From: Ophelia neglecta
Taxonomy: Eukaryota
Length of the DNA stretch: 64,000 bases
Direction of reading: 5' to 3'
Assembly: GCA_965285935.1 (NCBI GenBank)
Contig: OZ260664.1
Location: 63,612,001 to 63,676,000 of the forward strand
The translations under genes and the position numbers were made by a program. Shown in pieces: positions 41,301 to 55,200 of the stretch; position 1 is the first letter of the stretch, and every line of letters starts with the position of its first letter. The notes under the pieces are model-generated. The model saw nothing but the letters and a program-made list of their open reading frames with translations, made no database searches and was not told the origin of the DNA.

Positions 41301-44300
41301 TGAAAAACATCTTCAAAGGGGAATCCAAAGCTATAGACAACTCACACGTGCTTCCTATGCCAAATGGTCTAATGAGAGTCAAAGGCAAGCCAATCTAAAG
41401 TTCTCCTGCACAGCACACAGCAAGAAAAATTATACAAGAGCAGTTAGATATAAATGTCAGAGATCGCAGCTCTTGCCCTATAATCATAGACACCTGAAAA
41501 TCGCTGGTCTTAGTAACGATACGATCGAGTAGGGTTGGAAAATAAGAACCACCAGAAGCACTGTTTATTTTCAAAGCTCTTTTCTATGGTCATAAGAGGG
41601 TCTTTTGCCTGGCAGCTAAATGTCCGTAACAACATTGCCTGCTGATTTCCCTGCATGAGAGACCCCAGTGTAATCCCTTGGGTAACCCCTGATGGCGTGT
41701 TGCGTATTCTATAAAAACAGTGGCTGCGGGCGTAATGGGCTTTGGTTTATTCTGTCGGTCATTTCTTATGATAAGAACTGAGACGAGGAGAAGGCTCTGA
41801 CAGGACATTTGTACTCTGTCAATTCCTTGGCCGCAGGCGAGAAAATCAAAGTCCATTCACGAGACTAAGGATGCCTTTTGTCAGAATTAACACTTCCAAA
41901 ACTTACGTAAACTCCTTGGTCTGGGAATATGATACCATGGAAGATCAACCAAGTCTGGCATTTGATAAAATCGACGAATACTGAGTGTATTATATCATCT
42001 CTGCCGGGTTGGGGGATAAAGAAGTGGGGGGGGGGGGGGGGAAGATGTCAAGTAGACCATCTACCATCCCTCCTAGATGAATCGAGCCAAAAGGCAAGCA
42101 GTAAAGGGTCAGAATCGACCCCTGTGAACCTTCAAAGTAAAGTGACGGCGAAGAGAGTAAAATTATTAACATTACCTCAAGGTCAGGTGTGGCCGATCAA
42201 TTTTACATTACATACTAAAAGGATGGGATCACTCCCTAACGGATCTGACCCCGCGAGGAAAGGACGACCCTCAGTCAACAGTTGCTCTTAAATTGAATTA
42301 AATGTCGGTAAAGAAGCCAATAAAAGAATTCCACAGGCAGTCTCGGATGAGAACTAAGGAAATGGGGAAAATTTCGGAGCGAAGGAGCCACAAATTATCC
42401 ACCTGCACTCCTTTCGCCTATAATTCTTTATCTGATTTTAGTTCACCTGCCATCGATTCCTACCGTGTTAAATACAACCTTCTTAGCAATATCCGCTTAA
42501 GATGTGGGCAATTCCTTCGGAAAACAAGGTTTAGTTTGAACAGATTGTGACAGCAAAACCTCGTATTGTCTTAAGATTGGAAAGATTGTATACAGAAGAT
42601 TCCAGAAGGAAATTAAGACTCTACAGTAGGTGGTAAGAATTGGGACCAGCTGGTTTTGTTTTCCGTCCTTACGTGATTTCTTGAGTACACTTACCTCTGT
42701 TGTGTTTTATGTCGTTTTTGTATCTATCCGTCTGCTCAGCACACCTATTGTGTGTTGCTCTGTTCACTCTGATGTAACCTAATAGTAGTCCTTGTGGCAA
42801 TGATTACATCGCCGGCTCTTCTATGAGCTGCAAGTCTCTTTTAACTTCACGTCGGTCCCCTCCCTTGGCTTTCGAGTCACTTTGAATGAGGCTTTTCCAG
42901 ATATCCTGTGAATTACTTCTCACCTATCTAGATAGCGGGCAGAGCCTGGATGGAGGGTAGAGTTATCATGTGAAAAGTTGGTTTACCACAAGGCAATTGC
43001 TGTCCGTTGAAGTCCTAGACTTCCTACTTGTGTCAGACTGTCTCGCGCTAAGAGGCCACACAGCATAAACCCTTATCACAGATCCTCTGGCCGCTGTGTG
43101 ATTTCCGTGTCTGGAGACGATCTAATGCTGATCGCGGCTCACCAGATCCATCGGGCACCAGCCAGGCGGGACAAGAAATACCGGCAATATCGCCCTCAGC
43201 GTGGCGGCAATGAGCAAGGAGTGGGGAATAAACTCAGGCTGCTGAGGCTTGTAAACTCGGACGGTGCTGGCTGTTTACTAGCAGAACCGTGCCGCTGGCT
43301 AGCAGGCATGGTCCTCGTGTTGCTGGTGCCTGCTGCGCTGAATGGGAGCTCCAAACTGGAGCAGCCATACAGACACTGAAAGGAAGGCTCAGAAACCGCT
43401 ACAGAGCAGGACAAAACATTGAGAGTATTGGCCGGTGGCTTATTACTGGTGTTTAAGCTTCGCTCCGAAAACCCATTATTGAAATGTCCAGCACTATGTA
43501 AATAGCTGAGCCTGTTAGCGATGTAATTAACGTGTTAGACCCATGAGAAGAGAGATGCGTCTTCTCATGTTAAATGGTCGTTACCAGCTGTCACCACCGT
43601 CGTCTGACCCATAAGTATAGGCATATACCGCCAGAAGCGGAAATTTGAGTGATCTCGCTGGTTATGGCATAAAATGATTGAATGAGATCATATTATATTA
43701 GATTTTATGACTTGACTTGTTATCGAGAGTCAACAAAAGTCAATGAATCAAGTGGAAGAAGTAAATTTATTTCACTCGCCCTAGAGCAGAAAGTACAGCT
43801 AAGCCATGGATTGAGTACTTGATTGAGTTTGCCGCAGCATGGTTCTCATGAACCAACCAGTGATCATGGCCGATGACAGATGAGGTATTGCCGTTTGAAC
43901 CGAATTGGTGGTGGCAGGGACCCCTTGTCCGCCGGGATGCAATCGAGGGCCCCTCGGTTCTACCATCAGTGAGGGGTGGCGGATTATTCCTCTGGCGTGT
44001 GTGTCCCGGGGGCTCACGCAGAGCCCTCAGATCGGGTGTTACCACGGCCCGCCGCAGACCTCTCCAGACAACTTCTCGGGTATTTTCTAGGAGTAATTCG
44101 AACCACTCGCACCCTCATCAGTGTCATTTTCGCTATGTCATTATTAGCTTGACCGCCGAGATGCTTATTAATATTGGCGTGACTAATATTCTGTCCGATT
44201 AAAACTGGCAAAGGTCAACCAGAACAGAAATCTCGCGCGTTCTCATTATCTCCCCAATTCTCACTAACATCGTTTATGAATATAATATACTACATCGCTA

Positions 44301-47300
44301 TTGACACAGCCCCTTGATCTAACTTATTCTCTCTTCTATACACCTCCGAGGTGCCATTTTCATATCCTAAGTCATATTTTGTTTTATTTGATGGCTAATG
44401 CTGGAGTAAGCCGTGTTTATTTAGATATAACTGACCACTGGCTGGCCCTTCCCGCCAGTTCTCGCTGTGATAAGTGCAGTTTGATCTTGTTTTCAATGTG
44501 AAGACCGGTAAACAACCCTCCGTGAACTGAAAACAATCTCATCTAATCAGTTATTTACCATTTAGCAATCAAAACCTGATTCTCAAGTCAATTATTTGAA
44601 TACCTGTTTGTTTATGTTTCGTGTCCGTTGTTTATCGCCTACGTGTTTTGTTTACTTGTAAGCGGGAGGTAGTTTACTATCTCGGGAAATCTAAGAAGCC
44701 TTATTTTTGCTCAACACCTTGCCACGTGTTAGGATTGGTAATTTCTAAACAACTACAAAATCAGTTCCAACACAAAAATAGGCTCAAGTTTCCTCACGCT
44801 TCAGGTGTGGTCGAAAATAACAGCAACCGAAGCCATCTTGGTAAAGTTTTCATAATGAGCAAATTGCTAATTGCATTAAGCGGCTTAAATGCAACTTATA
44901 TAGAGCTTTAATTTTAAATCCTCTCCTCACACAATGAAACTAATTTCTAGTTGGTGGGGCCTATTCATGTGGAGGGTGACTTTTCCTGATATGTATGTCG
45001 TGCAGGTACAGGCCACCGTGTTTGTAACTAAAGACCCACATGTTAGGGATGGCATGTCCCTACTCATACATGTGTCAGGCCCTGGCATATTGCAATTATC
45101 CGTGTTATTAGCAAATTAATAAAAACAATCGATTATTAATCCCATTCTGGAGGAGAACGCTTTCAATATTTCTTATAATATGATCAATGTATTGTGGCTT
45201 AGCCAGCGGACCGTTTTATGTGTCAGCAGGGGATATACACCAGCCATATTCAGGCAATACTCCGAAAGATAATATGCCATTTACCGAATCAATGTAGAGG
45301 CGCGTTTATAGCTTTAGGGTATTAGCCAAGGTGAAGATGAAATCACCAGCAATAATCTGAGGGAACAACCATAGACACGAGCCCCACAAATCACCTTGTC
45401 ATAAAATCATTACCTCCAGTTATGTTTATATCAGACCGCTGCAGCAGCATGGCGCTGCTATTACTTTTAAATTGCTTATTTTCGGCCCATGTTCATTTCC
45501 CCTTATTTTGCCCCTTTCCTTTCAGCGTGAAAACATTTACTGAGGTTGAATTGCTCACAAATGAGTTGTAAATTCCCATACACCAACATTAAACTGTCAG
45601 AAGTAACCCAATTTATGCCCAAATCTGGCAAAATGTTATGGCGCTTATGTATGATATTTTCAGAGCGACCTGAGCATGAGCTTTACATTGAGCAGACAGA
45701 CCTGGGCAATATATCATTTGAGAAGCTTCTTTTGTGTTTTGGCCCAGCCTCATACCTAAGACTTGCACTGGTGACACGGCTCTACAAGCCAGACGTGTTA
45801 ATGTTTGGGCTGTGGCTCATGAGAGCTATCAAACAGATCAAGGTGAAAGGAAAACCATATGTCACGAGCGGATTTAGACCCAGACTCACACACCCTCCCC
45901 CACTGCCACCCCTCTCCACCCCTCACAACCCCACCCTACCCCATCCCCAAGATGACTTTGAACTTATCCGGCGGGTCTAAGGAGGCTATCTCTGCAGAAA
46001 TATGATGATGACAAAATGCAGACCTCTAAAACCAGAAGAGGGTAAAAAGAGGATTGGATGGTGGAAGAGCCCAAAAATGACACACTTTCATCAGAAGTAA
46101 TCCATCATCGCGCGATAAAAGAACACTCAGATAGCAAGGAGTCCACCCCACCAAAGGGCTGCCAGCCTCTCCGCCGACCCCCAGTCCTTATGGATGTGTT
46201 TTCTTTCCTGATACGCACTTCAACAACAGCCAACTTACATTTCAGCAAGAAGCCTCAGATTCGTCTTGTTTATTTTTCCAACAAATGGACAAGTAAAACC
46301 TTTGACTGGCTGGGACGTGTAACGAGAGACATGTTTTGGAGATGCTAAGCAGGCGCGTAGTAATTTCAACCAGGCTAATATCGTACAGTATGAGGAAATG
46401 AGTGCCACTTGGATTCTTGGGGGAGCCGATCTGTGCAGATCGCCACATGGGCGGCAAAAAGATCAGCTGACCTGATCAAATGACGCTGTCGTAAAAAAAG
46501 TGTCTTTAAGGTGTTACACCTGGCAACTTGTAATTTAAAAGGGACTATAGAACTTAATAGCCGGCCCGACAACTACTCGAGGCAATTTATAACCACCATT
46601 AATTCGAATAATAAACACTTTGCTAAACTCATCACACTGTGACCGCGACTGACAAAAGATTTGTAGTTACACAGAGTAGTTATGAGAAAATTAATGAAGG
46701 TGGCATTCACAAAATCTCGGCACACGCTCAGCAGTTGGCCATCCTTACATTCTATTAGTCGAAGCAAAGCTTTGTACTGTCATTGCAGATGTCTTATGAA
46801 TATTAAATCATATAGGGCTAATGATATTTCACATCTGCATCCTGCTTCATCAAATCAGAATATAAATTAATAAAGTAGTATTCATTGTATAAAATGCTGA
46901 TTTTTTTATTACATTTGCTATAGCCTGTATTATAACTGTGTAGCCTGCATGTATGCGGTAGAGAAAACGCTGGGTTATTTCAGAGATGGCCTGAGTTCCA
47001 AGCTATATACATGACAGTATGATGCATACATTCAGGCCTTCAGTCATAATTATGTTAGGTTATTAGGCTAATTGCATATTCAATTTAACTCAAAGTAGCC
47101 TATAGCTTTCCTAAATAGAATATCTATCACTATTATGCCGATAAACCTAAACATATTTGAATTTCAAACGTCTTTACATCGTGGATGACCGGTCTTGTGT
47201 GGTGCACAGAAATTAGTCCTAAGCCCATAGATAGACAACCTACCCGACTTTGTCGTCTTCATATTCCACAGTCCACGGAGCAAGGCCCTGCCGCACATTA

Positions 47301-48771
47301 TATTAGGAGAGGTCTCATGTCAAGGCGGTATATATACAACTATCTGTCATCCTAACAGTCCTTACGACAATGTCTATGGGAAATAAGAAACACAAAAACG
47401 GCTGTATCGAGTCCCTGCACGTCGTTTGCCGCTAAGCCAGAACAGTCAGCGGCAGACTGGTAGACTTGCTAACGGCTGATTATCCTACCAGCTTGGGAGC
47501 GTCTTTCAGGATATTCGCGCAAAGTTGTTCTTTCATACGTTCTACGAGTTGTATAGATAGATGAGAACGGGCAACAGCGGCGTCTGAACGTTTCCGACTG
47601 GTTTTGACCACGCGCCGCCTGCCAAACCCCCTTCAGCACGGCCCATTACAAACGGGAAACGCAGGCCACAGTGATATATGGGGCTTGGCTGCAAGGAGCT
47701 ATAGCTATACGGCTTCCACGGCTCACCCCCCCCCCCCCTTCCAACACACACACACTTCTACTTCCCACCGCGTAAAAAGTCCCTTTCATATCTGATCCGT
47801 ATCTCCCGAACGCTCCATTAACCGAAGAAAACATTATATCAAAGTTGAAGCATTCCTGCTTGTACTTTTCACCTATCATTTGCCAAAAGTCTGTACTTTT
47901 ACTGCAAAAAGCACCTTGGGTGATTTTCTAACATTTGATCAATCATGTTTGTATGACTTTACCTAAACCATCCTCCCTTCTGACAAGACTTGTAGCCTAA
48001 ACAACGATAAAATTACTGGCATGCCCTATAATTATGGGCATAAACCGCGGAGAGAACATTTTTGGACGACCTGCCAGAACTGGCATGAAGCAAGATCTAC
48101 GATAACAAAAACCGACGCTTAATTCATCCAAATTGAACCAACTTAAGGCTTAATTGAAAGATGACCCGGGATGTGGAACAGTTTCAAATGTGGAACTCAT
48201 TTTCTAGTACTTTGAAATCAAGGTCGACCTTCTTATGTAAATTCTTTCAAATCGGATAAGATTGCGCCGATAATTTTTTTTCTGTAATTGTTTGCTGAGA
48301 TAAAATAAAACGTTCCCGGTACAAATGGGTCGAAAACAATCTCGGTTAACATTGAACAAAATTAGCTTATCAACTGGCAGCACTAAACATGGGCTTTGAA
48401 AGAAGGTCTTCGGACTGAATAGATAAGTCCAATTAAGTTACATGAACGCCTTGTATTTTGTTGCCATTGACGCTTAGTTGTTCCATAAACTTTAAAAAGC
48501 AGGTCGACAGGTCGATATATTCCTCCGCTCACGTTGTCATCCGTGAATGAATGCCCGTCCATGTAAAATGATGAGTTCAATTATAGTTTTCATGTAGTCA
48601 TATTTACAACCTGATGAATTAATTACCCACTCGATCTATTATAATTTATTAGGTCTATGGTCTAACTACTCCCGGCGTATGAATATGAAGTATTAACAGG
48701 CGCCTTTCGATGGAACAAACTACTTGTTTCAATGTTATCTTAATTAAAGATGTCAACTAGTTCATCTTTTA

Positions 48772-49138
48772 CCCGGGGGGGGTACTCCCATTATCCGGCA
48801 TACTGGGTATGTGCGGCCGAGAAGGGTCGTTTTTCCTCAAAACTTCCCTAAACCAAGGGTACCTTTTTGTTGATTTCTTCCCTAATAAAGGGTATGGTTT
48901 CTAGAAAAAAATTCATCCTGTCGGGCATGATTCTGAATTGCCTAGGGCAGTGAATAACCTGTATTCCATTCCACGAGGTTACATGTATGTCATAACAAAG
49001 TGCCAAGTTTGAAGTCAAAATGTCCCTAAATCAAGGGTAGGTTTGAAGTCATAATGTCCCTAATTCAAGGGTAGGGTTTGCCAGGTACCAGCCGCACACC
49101 CCCACCCAAAAATAATGGGAGTACCCCCCCCCCCCGGG
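48772..49138. mobile_element. Intact MITE with TIRs CCCGGG(G)nTACTCCCATTAT and an 8-bp target-site duplication
   Basis: Left end cccggggggggtactcccattat, right end ataatgggagtac(c)nggg. TSD ATCTTTTA at 48764-48771 and 49139-49146 (an 8-bp TSD is hAT-like). Four internal copies of CCCTAA.{2,3}AAGGGTA. Confidence 0.92.
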
Positions 49139-50563
49139 ATCTTTTACAGCCTTTACGACAAGCAAGATGTTCTATGTATGATTAGGCAGTCGGCTGAGCC
49201 TATTTTGAAGCAATTGACAATTTTTTAAATTGTAAATCATAATAATTTACTACTAGTTATTTGCAAAAATAAAACTGTATTGTGACAAAAGAAATGGCCA
49301 TGTTTTGCTATGTGTCATAAGCTCTAATGTGATTATTAGGCCATCAGTGATCTGGCATCCCATATGGCACTTCACCGGAACTTGAGTCCCGTATTTCCGC
49401 CGTGCTGACCCCGGGACCTCTTAATCCCCCAAACATGTTTCATGTCAATCCAGTTTCCGCAAAATTAGGCTTCTAGTGTTGTGGAAAAGTCCTACGAGGT
49501 CTATCTATGTGTGGGTATCGAATTCTCCCAGCTGACTGAAATGATGTTCCTATTCTATTCACCATGTTGGCCGTGTGGTGTTAATCTCCGTGGTACTATT
49601 GTAACCGGGAACCTTACCAACAGCCCGACTCATCATTCCACATTAGTACCCACCCGACGTTCATCGGGAGCGGATCTAGACTGATCGTTTGCACCCAGCT
49701 TACAGCCTTCTCGGACCTATATCGATCTGCTCATTGACTTGTGAGGAGGCAAAACCTATACCCGTTCGCATTGTTAAACCCATGGAATTGATCATGTGCA
49801 GATATTGTTCAAAGAAAAACAATTAATTGATTAGAGAGATTAGATTGACAATGGCGGACTTAAGCCCCGAGATATAGCGTTAAGTTGTTGACCGAGCAGC
49901 CTCCCGGAGGCCACAATGCCGAATGATATTTGAATGAGACTGCTTAGCAAAATCCTAAAATCATTCAAATGTAGATAGTTAGGCTAAAGTAAGCATATTG
50001 TACTGTTCATGTTTTCCGAGCATTAGTGTAAAAAGATGTTCAGTTCTGAACACAATAGCCTAGGTACACCATCTAGAAGCCTGTCTACAATCAGCTTAGC
50101 CACTGAAGAAGAAACCTGATAAAAGTTTGACCGGTAGCTTCATCATGTTCACGCAGGAGCATACTTGATCGACCACAGTCAACATAAGTCTTAGCCTGCT
50201 ACGGATCGTGATGTAATTCACAAATGGTGCTAGTATTATATGTGTTCACAAAACAACAAGTAACATTAATCACGATTTTATCTCTCTCTTCATCTCTTCT
50301 CAACGACTAAGAAACGTTTACAATAACCTTAATGCCCTTTGAGTCCAGAAGGGCAAACGCAGTACTTTTTCTGTTATTGTGCTGTTTAGACATGCGCCTT
50401 CAATTGAGTCAATGGTGTACATATTTTCAGGAGATGTTCAATTATTCAGTACACAAAGAACCATTCACAAGACGTTTAAAAACGAAAGCCCCCAACCAAT
50501 CAAATGGATAGTGAACATTCCTGTGCAACATCCCTTTGGGCAAAGTCAAAGCAAGTGTTGGAC

Positions 50564-51100
50564 TCCCCCCCCCCCCCCCCCCGAAGACCCCCCAAAATAT
50601 TTAATTTGCTAAAACATTGGAAATCGCATGAAATGACGAGAAAAGCATAAAATATAGAATGTCCAAATTTTGTCAAAAAAATGTCCCACACCCGACGCCC
50701 GAAAAAAATTTTTACTCAATTGAAACGCTGGAAGTCGTGGGGGCCAATAACCTGTCCCAACAGACCAACTCCGAAATTGGACATGATTTTCCAGTCCCTA
50801 TGGTGGTTTTACTGTTTTGTATTCCCCCTCTACCCCTCAAACCCACCTGCCCTCCCACCTCCCTCCCGATCCCGCCCCCAATCCCCACCCTGTTACCTAA
50901 CTTTATAAGTCAAGTAATGCAAAGAAATGGAACGAAGAAGAAAAAACACCCCCAACACTTCCCCAAACTCCCCCCAACGCCCCAACCCCCAAACTCCCGG
51001 CCCCTTCTAAGACCAAGTCTTAGGCGGCGGCGGAGGAGGAGGCGGACATGGCCCAATACATACCCCCACTTTTTTTTTCAAAAAGAGGTTGGGGGCAAAA
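50564..51100. repeat. C/A-rich low-complexity tract with many homopolymer runs; partly transposon-like, possibly low-quality assembly
   Basis: Long C run near 50564-50582 and dense CCCC runs at 50820-51070. The Pro/Arg-rich ORF here is a compositional artefact. Confidence 0.55.
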
Positions 51101-51775
51101 ATTCCATATGACACAAGTAGGTATCATCACCCCACCTTATCAGCCTCCTAACTATGATTTAGGCTGTAGGGCTTCAAACATCAAGTGAAAAATGCACTAT
51201 TATGAAAAGAACAGCAAGTTGAGACAGACAATTCCTCCCTGGAGTTGAATATCAACTAAACACTCTATTTCCACCCAGACCAATATCTCAACTCCATTGG
51301 CTTCTATTCTCGGCTGAAAGAATTAAATCACTCTACACTAGCAACAATCTACCCCAAGCATTGAAGAAAACAACACATCCTTTAAAAAGCAAAAGACGAC
51401 ATACACTAAACACCCATCTACCATAGTTGTGGAAAGGCTGTGGGCTGGCATTCAATGATCGACATAACAATAGACAGGTTGGTTATAAACAACACAGAAT
51501 TAGAGTCAAAAAGAAGTCTAGGAGAGGGTTATCTAGGTATGACCAGGAGCACATAAAAACTGCCGAAGTAAATTTGGTAATAAATGCCGAAAAAAGTAAA
51601 ATCTGTGAAGTAACACTCGTATACGAGTTTTTAACCAAGGTTGAAATAAAAAGGACAGGCAGATCTACGAGCGGCCAACAGCATACTTCACCGCTCCCGA
51701 CCAAGATACAATACATATACAGTAACATTGGGTCAGTGCACGGGGATCCAAAGCATATAAGTCCATATGATGGCA

Positions 51776-51888
51776 TCTAGGAGATGATCTGATGGCAGCC
51801 AGCCAATAAGTTTATATGCTGCTCTGTTCTCATGAGATAATTTTGCTAGCCAGCTGAAAGTGGCATCAGAACAGATATTCATCAGAAC
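51776..51888 (+). repeat. Short dispersed repeat, copy 2
   Basis: Same family and orientation as 32181-32303. Confidence 0.8.
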
Positions 51889-52152
51889 ACATCACTGGGT
51901 GCCCGCGGATGACCACAACTCCATAGCAAGCTAAAGGTTTGGGTTGATTGAGTTGGACTGACAGAAAGCCAGGGGGAAAGGTGTATGGGACGAGCCACCT
52001 CCAAACTGGAGTGGCGAGTTGAAAAGATTAGCAGACAAGTTATCGTTTTAGGGTTATTTTTGATTGCATTGGTATGAAAAGTTAGTTGAAAGAGTGACGG
52101 ACAAGCTATAAGATAGAGTTGCGAGTTAAACAGTGGACAAATAAAAGATTAC

Positions 52153-52228
52153 CTATTTCAAATTTATCTCCATGAATGGCTCAACTTGCACGACAGTTTT
52201 CAGGCCGTACGCGTCCCTTCATTGGTAC
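52153..52228 (-). other. Candidate non-coding internal exon (76 nt)
   Basis: Acceptor ccttccacatattacag and donor TAG|gtaatc. It is preceded by an 86-nt AT-rich intron (52229-52314) opening at CAG|gtaaaa. All three frames contain stops. Confidence 0.45.
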
Positions 52229-55200
52229 CTGTAATATGTGGAAGGCCATAATCATGATCAATTACAATTAACAGAGATTATAATTTATAGATTAACATTC
52301 ATTGTATTTTTTACCTGTTCAGAAACGAAACGGTGGTCCTTATGAGCAAACGTGGTTTGCGCCATAATGATTGTGATGCATATAGGCCTACCTTAGAAGG
52401 CCATATAATTTTGGGTCCGATTTTCTATCTCGCAAGTAGCTGCGAGATATATGTTTGCGGAACATCGTACAAATCATTTTGAAAATGGTCGCGTTTCCGG
52501 TTCCTGAGGAAAAGGATCACGGGAATGCCGATGGCAGCAAATTAATTCAGTAGCTTTTCAGTAGGACAAACTTGCGTAATCAATGTATTTCTGGCTTTGG
52601 AAGAACGCACCTCTTAATAAAATCATCCAAACGTCACACATAACAAACCAATAAGACGCAACCCTTTTTCCAACACACCATTTTTGCGTACATTTCCTCA
52701 ATATGCTTGTCAGCAGTAGCATGACACATGAATTATTTTCTGACATCGTATGATATTTGTTTTTTTCTTCTTTTAGGCCTACCAAGAAGACTACAGACTT
52801 ACTGGGCTGGTATTATAGTTTAAATATAGCCTATGGCTTATCTATACAGAATAATGTCAGTTTATATTTCCCCCTTAACACAGGTCTTACTGACTGTTGG
52901 CTGACATGTTTGAAAGGACTGAGCCTCTTATTGACCTTGTTTAGGACAACCACCAACGGTAATTAAAGACCCCACTGCTCAAATTAAAGGGTTGAAATTA
53001 GCATGCTAGCGGTGCTGTCGTGACCGAGGAGAAACAATTTTGCCAGTTCTCAAAGAAATTCGTCTTTGAACGAAGCCTTTGCTCTTTGGAGCATTGGGGA
53101 GATAATGTGTCGGGCTAGAGACCAGAGTTCTCTCTAAAGAACCCACGTCTACGTGCGAGCTGGTGATCGTGTCTGCACTGAATGTTGATGAAGGCGTTAA
53201 CTTCCAAATTAAAGCAAAGACTCCCTATGGAATCGGTGAAATCTATCAGAAAAATTCCCATTTGATGGGTTTTTTAAATTTCTGTTCGCAAAGTGCGTTA
53301 ATTATTCTGAACAGCAACCACAGTGCAGAGTAGAAACAAAACATCATTGTAATATGGATGCCTTCACATTTGTATCTTTCTAATAAAAGAAATGGCGGTT
53401 TTCACAGGGAATGTTCATGCCTGTGTATTGTTCGGGTCTGGGTATGGGGAACAGATCTTGATCCGTCTCAAAAACCAGACAAGCGCAAAAAAGCTGTCCA
53501 CCCCACCATGCTAATCCTCTACTAGTCGGCCACTGATCCACAGTGACCTTGGCAGATGGTGAGATAATCCCAGGACTAATCAGGGTAACTCCGCCACGGT
53601 CCGGCTAGTTCCCTGGGAAAAGTCTGAACTTCATCGGGGAGGATGGAGGGTGGCGTCTGGGTGCGGGGGGGGGGGGGTGCGCCACAGAAGAGAGCGAGCT
53701 AACGGTCTCAGTTTCAGACGTCTGGATTATAATTATGTAAAAATCGATGTGCTCTATCAGAAATAATTGTTGTGCTTATTACTCCGTCGCCCACTCGTCC
53801 ACAGTGCTCAATGAAAGCGATTTCTCAATGTGTACCGTGTTGCCATGCATGTCGGCTGAACACCATGATTATGGTGGTTTGTTTGATGTATAAAGTGATA
53901 CCGCGTTTGGTTTTTATTCATGACATTAAGTGGTTTAAATAAGACTTCTCTCATGTGCCTTCATCTCAATTCAATACAGATCCATTTTTGCGCGGTAACA
54001 GCTAATCAATACAACGGTTTACAGGAGGAGACAGTGACTGAGAGAAGAAATTACTCCCATGTCAACAGCATGTTAAACTGCCGACAGCACAGCGACTCGC
54101 GGGGTCATGTCTTTCAGATCTTGCTCTCTCTCGCCCACTTAAGCCCATGGTATTATATCGAGAGCTATACAGCATTCGTTCAGTTGAAAAACTGACTCCC
54201 GCGGGCTGCATCACAAGCTTAAATACTGGAAGCATCTTGGGCTATAATGAAAAAGCTGGCCCAGTGTTGACGTCGATGGAGTCAGCCCCCCCCCCCCCGC
54301 CCTCAGTTAGGGACATCTGAACTAAACTTTGTTGTGAAATCCTGAAAGATAAAACTCATTTCAAGATCGCCTGTCCTAAATTAAATATCATTATACGTAC
54401 ACAGGAGAACCCAAGAGGCTTCGGCAGGCAATATTATACTGAAAATGAAGCAATACGCTTACACAACTTTTAAAGTGACTTTTGAAACACACAAAAACTG
54501 GCCATTGGTTTAATATGGACAACTTATTTTTCAAAAAAGCGACCCTTTCTAGCGGCACACTCGCAGTGAGAACAACATACAATATGCCCCCCCACCCCCA
54601 CCCCACCTATAGCTACCCCCTTTCCCACGCCCGGCGAAAGGTGGGACTGGTCCAATAGGCTCCGATAAAAACTTCCCTCTCCTACCCTCGATCCTCCTGG
54701 GGAATATGTACTGGTTTCAAAGGCATGTGACAGAAGAAGGGCAATGGAAACCAGCTATAGTTGCTGAACATTTCATCGCTTGTCGCTTCAGCTGACCATA
54801 GTTATCAAGCCCGCGTGGCCCCGGAGAGGCCTCGTACGTTCACAACAGGCTAAGTCAACAGGAACGTGAAAACTACCAGCAGCCACCTCTCTCTTACACT
54901 TGCCGGGATATCGACGGTAACAAGCATAGCTGAAGTCTCCAGTCAAGTTTTGTGAAATTTCATATGGCTGTGCATGGTAAATAACAAGCCGGATAGAATT
55001 CATGTGCCAACCAGAAGAGGCGGCAGAAGGGTTACTTGTTTGTTCAAGAAGAGTTTAGAGGAAAGCATGAGGGATATGGCCAAATTTTGTCTCAAACACC
55101 AACAGAACTGAAAATTGATTTGTTCAAAGGCCCGCTCTATTTTATATCGGTGGTAATTCTAGTGAAGTGCGCTCAAATCCCTTCTTTCTCGTTTAGTCGA

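Noticed and set aside
50659-51111. 150-aa Pro/Arg-rich ORF
   Set aside because: Produced by C-rich low-complexity, possibly error-prone sequence.
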